Source: Giardia intestinalis (lineage: Eukaryota). Taken from it: a stretch of 64,000 nucleotides of DNA. A program made the position numbers and the translations under genes. How positions within the stretch are numbered: the first letter of the stretch is position 1; each line of letters opens with the position of its first letter. The notes below the pieces were generated by a model. The model was given only the letters and a program-made list of their open reading frames with translations. It was not told where the DNA came from and made no database searches. The stretch is taken from assembly GCA_000002435.2 (NCBI GenBank), contig CM018791.1; one strand, given 5' to 3'. Below, one piece after another: positions 59,238-64,000 of this stretch.

Positions 59238-62198
59238 TTACTGCCTTCTGTTTCTTTTTGCCCTGTCCTGGCGGTCCAAGATGCTATCCTGCGATGAGAG
59301 GTCTTTCGAGAACGGATGCGAGAAGTCTGGGATTGCTACATGCCGTCCACCTGACTGTGAGGGTGAGTAGGACTGGAGTAGCGGCAAGGAGTGGGAGCTC
59401 ATGTTGTCCATAGAGCTGTATGCCTGATCAATCTGCCCATTTCCTGCTTGTCCTCTGCGGGTTTTTTGTTTCAGATCTGAGCTGCCTAACCGAGAGGGGC
59501 CGTACTCTATGCTTAGTTCTCTATTAACCAACTGAACAGCCTTTGCTCGCTTGCTTGCCAGTGTATATTTATATCTATATTTCAAGAACAGAGAGAGGAC
59601 CGTGATGAAGAGGAGCAGGATGAGTGTCGCAACGGACCAGAACACGACAATAAGGGCTATAGACATCTTAGAATGATAACCAACAAAGCTTATGAACTCC
59701 TCTCCACTGAAAGAAGAGGAAAGATACCGAGTCTCGTAAAACTGAATGGTAGTCCTATCGATGGTGTGCCCCCAGATAGGGTCTACTATCGGCTGGTTGG
59801 TAAGATTGCTTGCAGCGGTATCGACAGCTGCCACAACCACTAAGTAGTAAGGCTCGTGCTTGTACGAAGGAAGGTCAACGGGAATGCGAAGCATGGACCA
59901 GGTGTTATTTGCTTGCTCGATAAACTCAGGAGTATATATTTCAGTATTGTCTGCAGCGGGTGCAACGACCCACTCGCTTACTCTATAAACAACATTAGAT
60001 GTATCCATATCTTGTACACTAGGTGTATGCTCTAGTGCCCCCTCTAGCCCACATCTGGAAATAGGGACCATCGGATAGGCCTGTCTAACCTCAGCCACGG
60101 ATGCACACGGGACCAAGTAAACGGCGTATGCAATATGAATGCCGGCCTCTCCGGTGTAAGCGGTGTACCTTTGTGCCGGTGCCTTGGCGCTATCCACCTC
60201 AATTATGTCAGACATAAGTCCCGTATGGATTCTAACTCGCGAATCGCCAATGATGATCCCCGCAAACCTTGTTAAATACCCAATTTTATAAGAGATTGCT
60301 GAGGGAGAGACATATTCTGTATCAAGGATCCTAACAAATGTAGCGTATGACGAGTACACAGGGGCATACACCATTGCCTCTGTGATAGGAACAAGCATGT
60401 CCAGGAAATTGATTCCCGAATGATCCATGTTGTCGGTCAGGCGGAGCTTAATTGGTTTTTTGTTGCTTTGATTTGAAAGGAACAGAGACGTATTACAAAC
60501 ATCAAAATAGATGTACCCACTGAGAGTGCTGACTCCCGTAGTGTGGCCAGAGTCTATGTAATATAGGTTCAAGGCCGATAGTGGATTGCTCTCTGTTCCA
60601 TAGAGCAATCCTGGTCTCAACGGAGCTGGCTTGGCCGCGTTTAGAATCAGGAGATCCAAATCAACAGAATGTTCAAGCTTTATATAGATTGAGCCGGTAT
60701 CTGGCTGTACTGAGAAGTCTTCTGGGCGAATCCGGAGGACAGCAGATTTATTTGTTATTGCCTCGAGATAGGTTGGTATGACAGAGCTCCCTGCATAGTT
60801 AACTCCACTAAGGTGGGGGAAGTTCATAACGTAAGCAAGAGAGTTATGAGTTTCGTTCGGATAGACAAGCGTAGTACTTAAGAAGAACTGCACATACGGG
60901 TGAAAGTTGGGAATAGAGACTTCGTAGAACGGGCGGAGCGTGATAACAACAACGAGCTCATCATCTATCCAGCCAGGATTCTCTATGATGAGAAGGGTTG
61001 CCTTGTTGCGATTATTTTTATTCACGAAGGATAGTGTCTCTGTGGCGCCGGTTATGAAGTTAACGTTAGTAAGGAATATCTTGCAGCTCCCGGCACTCTT
61101 TAAATTATATATCTCTGCTGACGTTGAGGCCTGGTACCCGGCAAACGAGGATAAGTCGGAGACATAGATAGAGGAAAGGTATCCTGGCGGAGTTACCTCC
61201 TGTACGGTCATCCACGCGTACCGAAGAGTGTTCTGCAGTATTAGGGAGCAGGCTACACTAAGGATATTATATCTAAGACAGATCCTGATGGAGGAATAAG
61301 GAATGCGCTCGGCGTCGAGACAGGTCGAGCCTATTAGTATTTGTGTTCCTGCTCGATAGTCAGATATGTCAACGGTATAGTGTATGGGTACATTATAATA
61401 GTCTATCTGCAAGTCAGGAGTAAAGCGCTGGTAGCGCTCAACATACGATATTGTCAAAGAGGAGAGTTCGTCGTGGAGATTGACAGTAAGGTAGTAGAAG
61501 CTTGACTCCATAAAGAGGCGCTTTGGGAGCGTTAAGTGGTCCTCTTGGTCGTTGGTAGCAGCAACGTACTGATACGTGTTACCAACAGAGCGAATGAGTA
61601 GGGTGGTAGGGTTGGCCAGCGACTCTCTTTTTGTAGCGAACGGTTGAGAATGAAGATCGATGAAGCAAGTAGGAGGAGCGTTCGCAGGTGTTTTATCGCC
61701 ATCAGAGAATGTGAGGAGGATGTCATGGAGTCCATCGTTTGCTAAGGCGAGAACACGCTCGCTTGCACGTGCATTGCCAGCAATAGTTATACTTTTTCCA
61801 TATATCAACTGCCTAAAGAGCCCGGCTGTGAAGTTTATGGTCGTAGGCATGGTAGCCTGGACTGTGAAATCGATGACAGATGGTGTAGAGCTTTCAGATA
61901 GCTGAATCAAGGAGGCTACTGTTTCCAACGGAATGGCAGTCATGTTGCTTCCCGTCGTTAACAAAAGCGGTATCCTCCCTACAGATACGCTCACAGTCGA
62001 CGTCTTTGCATAGGAAGTAAGGTTGACGCATAGGAGAGGCGAACTATTATGAACTGGCGTATATGTATACCTTATAGTGGCTGTGGAGTCTATGTCTAGA
62101 GAGATTGGTTCCATGTCCTTTATATTATAGACTCCTTCAGTGCTATGGGACGCTAGTATCATGGAAAGAAGAGCGAGTTGCAGTGTTCCCGGCCCCAT
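59238..62198 (-). CDS. Large type I membrane protein (986 aa), hypothetical
   Basis: The track start at 62207 is TTG; ATG 62198 gives the signal peptide MGPGTLQLALLSMILASHS. Features: a large ectodomain rich in N-glycosylation sequons, one TM helix near the C-terminus (IALIVVFWSVATLILLLFITVLSLFL) and a short cytoplasmic tail. Confidence 0.8.
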   Translation of the reverse strand: MGPGTLQLALLSMILASHSTEGVYNIKDMEPISLDIDSTATIRYTYTPVHNSSPLLCVNLTSYAKTSTVSVSVGRIPLLLTTGSNMTAIPLETVASLIQLSESSTPSVIDFTVQATMPTTINFTAGLFRQLIYGKSITIAGNARASERVLALANDGLHDILLTFSDGDKTPANAPPTCFIDLHSQPFATKRESLANPTTLLIRSVGNTYQYVAATNDQEDHLTLPKRLFMESSFYYLTVNLHDELSSLTISYVERYQRFTPDLQIDYYNVPIHYTVDISDYRAGTQILIGSTCLDAERIPYSSIRICLRYNILSVACSLILQNTLRYAWMTVQEVTPPGYLSSIYVSDLSSFAGYQASTSAEIYNLKSAGSCKIFLTNVNFITGATETLSFVNKNNRNKATLLIIENPGWIDDELVVVITLRPFYEVSIPNFHPYVQFFLSTTLVYPNETHNSLAYVMNFPHLSGVNYAGSSVIPTYLEAITNKSAVLRIRPEDFSVQPDTGSIYIKLEHSVDLDLLILNAAKPAPLRPGLLYGTESNPLSALNLYYIDSGHTTGVSTLSGYIYFDVCNTSLFLSNQSNKKPIKLRLTDNMDHSGINFLDMLVPITEAMVYAPVYSSYATFVRILDTEYVSPSAISYKIGYLTRFAGIIIGDSRVRIHTGLMSDIIEVDSAKAPAQRYTAYTGEAGIHIAYAVYLVPCASVAEVRQAYPMVPISRCGLEGALEHTPSVQDMDTSNVVYRVSEWVVAPAADNTEIYTPEFIEQANNTWSMLRIPVDLPSYKHEPYYLVVVAAVDTAASNLTNQPIVDPIWGHTIDRTTIQFYETRYLSSSFSGEEFISFVGYHSKMSIALIVVFWSVATLILLLFITVLSLFLKYRYKYTLASKRAKAVQLVNRELSIEYGPSRLGSSDLKQKTRRGQAGNGQIDQAYSSMDNMSSHSLPLLQSYSPSQSGGRHVAIPDFSHPFSKDLSSQDSILDRQDRAKRNRRQ

Positions 62199-62270
62199 TA
62201 TGGGCAAAACTGTTTGTAGAGATGAGGATGGGTTTGCTTTTTATTTTTCTCTGAGTATTTCTACTCTACC
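62199..62270. promoter_or_regulatory. 72-bp divergent intergenic region (putative bidirectional promoter)
   Basis: It lies between ATG 62198 (-) and ATG 62271 (+) and contains the T/A-rich run ggtttgctttttatttttctctgagtattt. Confidence 0.35.
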
Positions 62271-64000
62271 ATGCCTCCTCTGGCCCGTAGAGACCTTACC
62301 ATTCCTGCAGCCCTGCGCGCTATCTCTCGACAAACAGGGCACCGCATCTCATGTGATGAGAAGCGTGCGAAGTCAAGCATCTCTCAGTTTCGCAGCCACT
62401 CCCCTCAACCGTCATACCTTGCATCGGAAGCCCGTCTCAGTGGATACAAAAGTATATTTAAGGCGCAAAATCCACCGAAAGTCCTTTCCAGTATTGATGC
62501 TTTTCTTCGTCCGAACGAAGAAAAGAAAGAACCCATCTCCCCGCCATCAGAGGCGGTCATAGGCTCGCCAAGGATGTTTACCATGAGCCCAAAGTTTGCC
62601 AGAAGTAAGGCACTTGGCATAGATCCCCGCTCTCTAGCGCCCTCAGACAATATTTACTATAAAGCAGCCGAGTTTCCCAGTCAAAATGCAGAGTTCTACA
62701 GCAATCAGCCACCACCCATCACAAGCAGCCTCCCAGATACAGCATACAGCAAGGCGGTTCATCCTCCGACAACCGAGGACGGAATCCGACGTGTGGGCAG
62801 CGTCATGTCTGTGTTGCGGCCAACAGATGCGGCTCCCCGACTAGAAAAGGCGCAAGCAGCAGACTTCCTTTTAGAACAACTCATAGAGAACTCGGTTCAG
62901 ATCCTGCACGGGCTCGGACTCAGTAGGATTTATGAAGCAAACCAGACCCAAAATTGGTATGAATGTGAGGTAATTGCAAAAATGGGTGATAAGTTTGAAG
63001 TGTACTTTCCTGCTATCAACCATAAGAAGATAGTAACATTGAAGAACCTAATATTAAAGCAAATTACGATCACACAGGCCTCTGATGTTACTCTTCCTAT
63101 GTTGCCAAACTACAGTTCGCAGAACACCAACTCAATGGCTGCAATCACTAATGCAATACCCACAGTTCCTGAGGCACAGAGTTTAGCACACGCTCCTTTC
63201 TCACCTCCCTCTGAACAGAGAGACAAGGGCACAGTTGCAGACTCCGCACACATGGCCTCATTCAGTACACTTGCTGATAAGCCAGCGGTTGTTCTTCCTC
63301 CAAGAAAAAAATCCAGACCAGCTCCTCACACCGCTAGTTCTGACTCACATTACCAGTCAGTGCCCATTACCTTAGATGATATAGCAGAAGCAACAGACTC
63401 TCAGCAGATCAATCTGTTTGATGAATCTTTTGATAACTCATCTTTTACCCACGTAATCACACAACCCTATGTTCATGTAACGGTATCTCCCTGTATGCCC
63501 TGCATCTCTCTGGAGCCACCTAGCAGTATGAGCGCATCGGAATGCACAGTAAGAAGTGATATTCAACCCGCACCAGAGCTTGAGGAGCCCGGCTGTGCTA
63601 ACCTTTCCGTCATGGCAGATATGCTCAGTGATCTTATTAATGAAATCACACCAGCGTATAACACGTCACTATTTGGGAAGCGCCCCTCCTCCTGTCGACT
63701 GAATATCACGGACGCTCAATCTGATCCCGATGCAGTCCCTTCAAATATGTACAGGGGACATGCAAATCATACTGGTGCTCCATTTGATTGCGTAGAGTTG
63801 TATGAGGCCACTGAGCAGCCAAACAACGCTAACACTACTTTTGAGTGTACAGATTTCCTTGAGCAGGTGCTGAATAGCGCTAGTCCAGAGGTAAACAATG
63901 ACCCCAAGGAGTCATCTCTTACGGCGAACATTGTTCTCACCGATGCTAAAGGCCCACCAGATATATTCCTTTCCAACGACACAACGACTAGCAAGACCGA
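62271..64000 (+). CDS. 5' part of a gene running off the window end (at least 576 codons); hypothetical, Ser/Pro-rich
   Basis: It is absent from the ORF track because no stop occurs before nt 64000. I translated the frame by hand: stop TGA at 62223-62225, first ATG at 62271 (MPPLARRDLTIPAAL…), then open to the end (…LSNDTTTSKT). The segment WYECEVIAKMGDKFEVYFPAINHKKIVTLKNL could be a small Tudor/SH3-like barrel; this is very tentative. Confidence 0.7.
   Translation, partial: MPPLARRDLTIPAALRAISRQTGHRISCDEKRAKSSISQFRSHSPQPSYLASEARLSGYKSIFKAQNPPKVLSSIDAFLRPNEEKKEPISPPSEAVIGSPRMFTMSPKFARSKALGIDPRSLAPSDNIYYKAAEFPSQNAEFYSNQPPPITSSLPDTAYSKAVHPPTTEDGIRRVGSVMSVLRPTDAAPRLEKAQAADFLLEQLIENSVQILHGLGLSRIYEANQTQNWYECEVIAKMGDKFEVYFPAINHKKIVTLKNLILKQITITQASDVTLPMLPNYSSQNTNSMAAITNAIPTVPEAQSLAHAPFSPPSEQRDKGTVADSAHMASFSTLADKPAVVLPPRKKSRPAPHTASSDSHYQSVPITLDDIAEATDSQQINLFDESFDNSSFTHVITQPYVHVTVSPCMPCISLEPPSSMSASECTVRSDIQPAPELEEPGCANLSVMADMLSDLINEITPAYNTSLFGKRPSSCRLNITDAQSDPDAVPSNMYRGHANHTGAPFDCVELYEATEQPNNANTTFECTDFLEQVLNSASPEVNNDPKESSLTANIVLTDAKGPPDIFLSNDTTTSKT

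Noticed and set aside
1-64000. Search for tRNA genes, Giardia-type introns (GTATGT … ACTAACACACAG), CRISPR arrays and prokaryotic defence or operon structures
   Set aside because: No T-loop (GGTTCGAATCC-like) sequence occurs outside coding regions. CTAAC-containing sites (for example 53085, 24814, 25425) lack the full intron 3' motif and a paired 5' site. The window is eukaryotic and fully explained by monocistronic genes.

Overview
The window reads as nuclear DNA of the diplomonad Giardia intestinalis (lamblia). Evidence: a variant-specific surface protein (VSP) ending in the invariant CRGKA tail, followed by the vsp-type extended poly(A) signal; six alpha-giardin (annexin-like) genes in two tandem arrays; and tightly packed intronless genes with short A/T-rich leaders and 5-80 bp gaps. 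The ORF track counts TTG/CTG/GTG as starts, so I re-anchored many CDS to the first ATG with an A/T-rich upstream context. I call about 30 genes. Recognisable ones are a P4-ATPase flippase, NSF, an RRP4-like exosome subunit, TFIIS, an MFS transporter, a CCDC61/VFL3-like protein, an NF-YC/NC2alpha-type histone-fold protein, a RING-H2/IQ protein, an LRR protein, a divergent kinase, a WD40 protein, three giant coiled-coil proteins and a thioredoxin-domain protein. Two edge-truncated genes (1..633 and 62271..>64000) are missing or misanchored in the track. The dominant structure is an 11.4-kb near-perfect palindrome (18861-30224). Two 3900-bp inverted arms (18861-22760 and 26325-30224) enclose a 3.56-kb unique spacer holding a single VSP gene. 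I found only one internal mismatch between the arms. The arms are much more GC-rich than their surroundings. Each carries an inward-facing 269-aa gene with a Myb/SANT-like region and a proline-rich tail. A diverged, normal-GC paralogue of that gene lies at 53268-54242. No prokaryote-type elements (CRISPR, operons, IS elements), rRNA or tRNA genes were seen.
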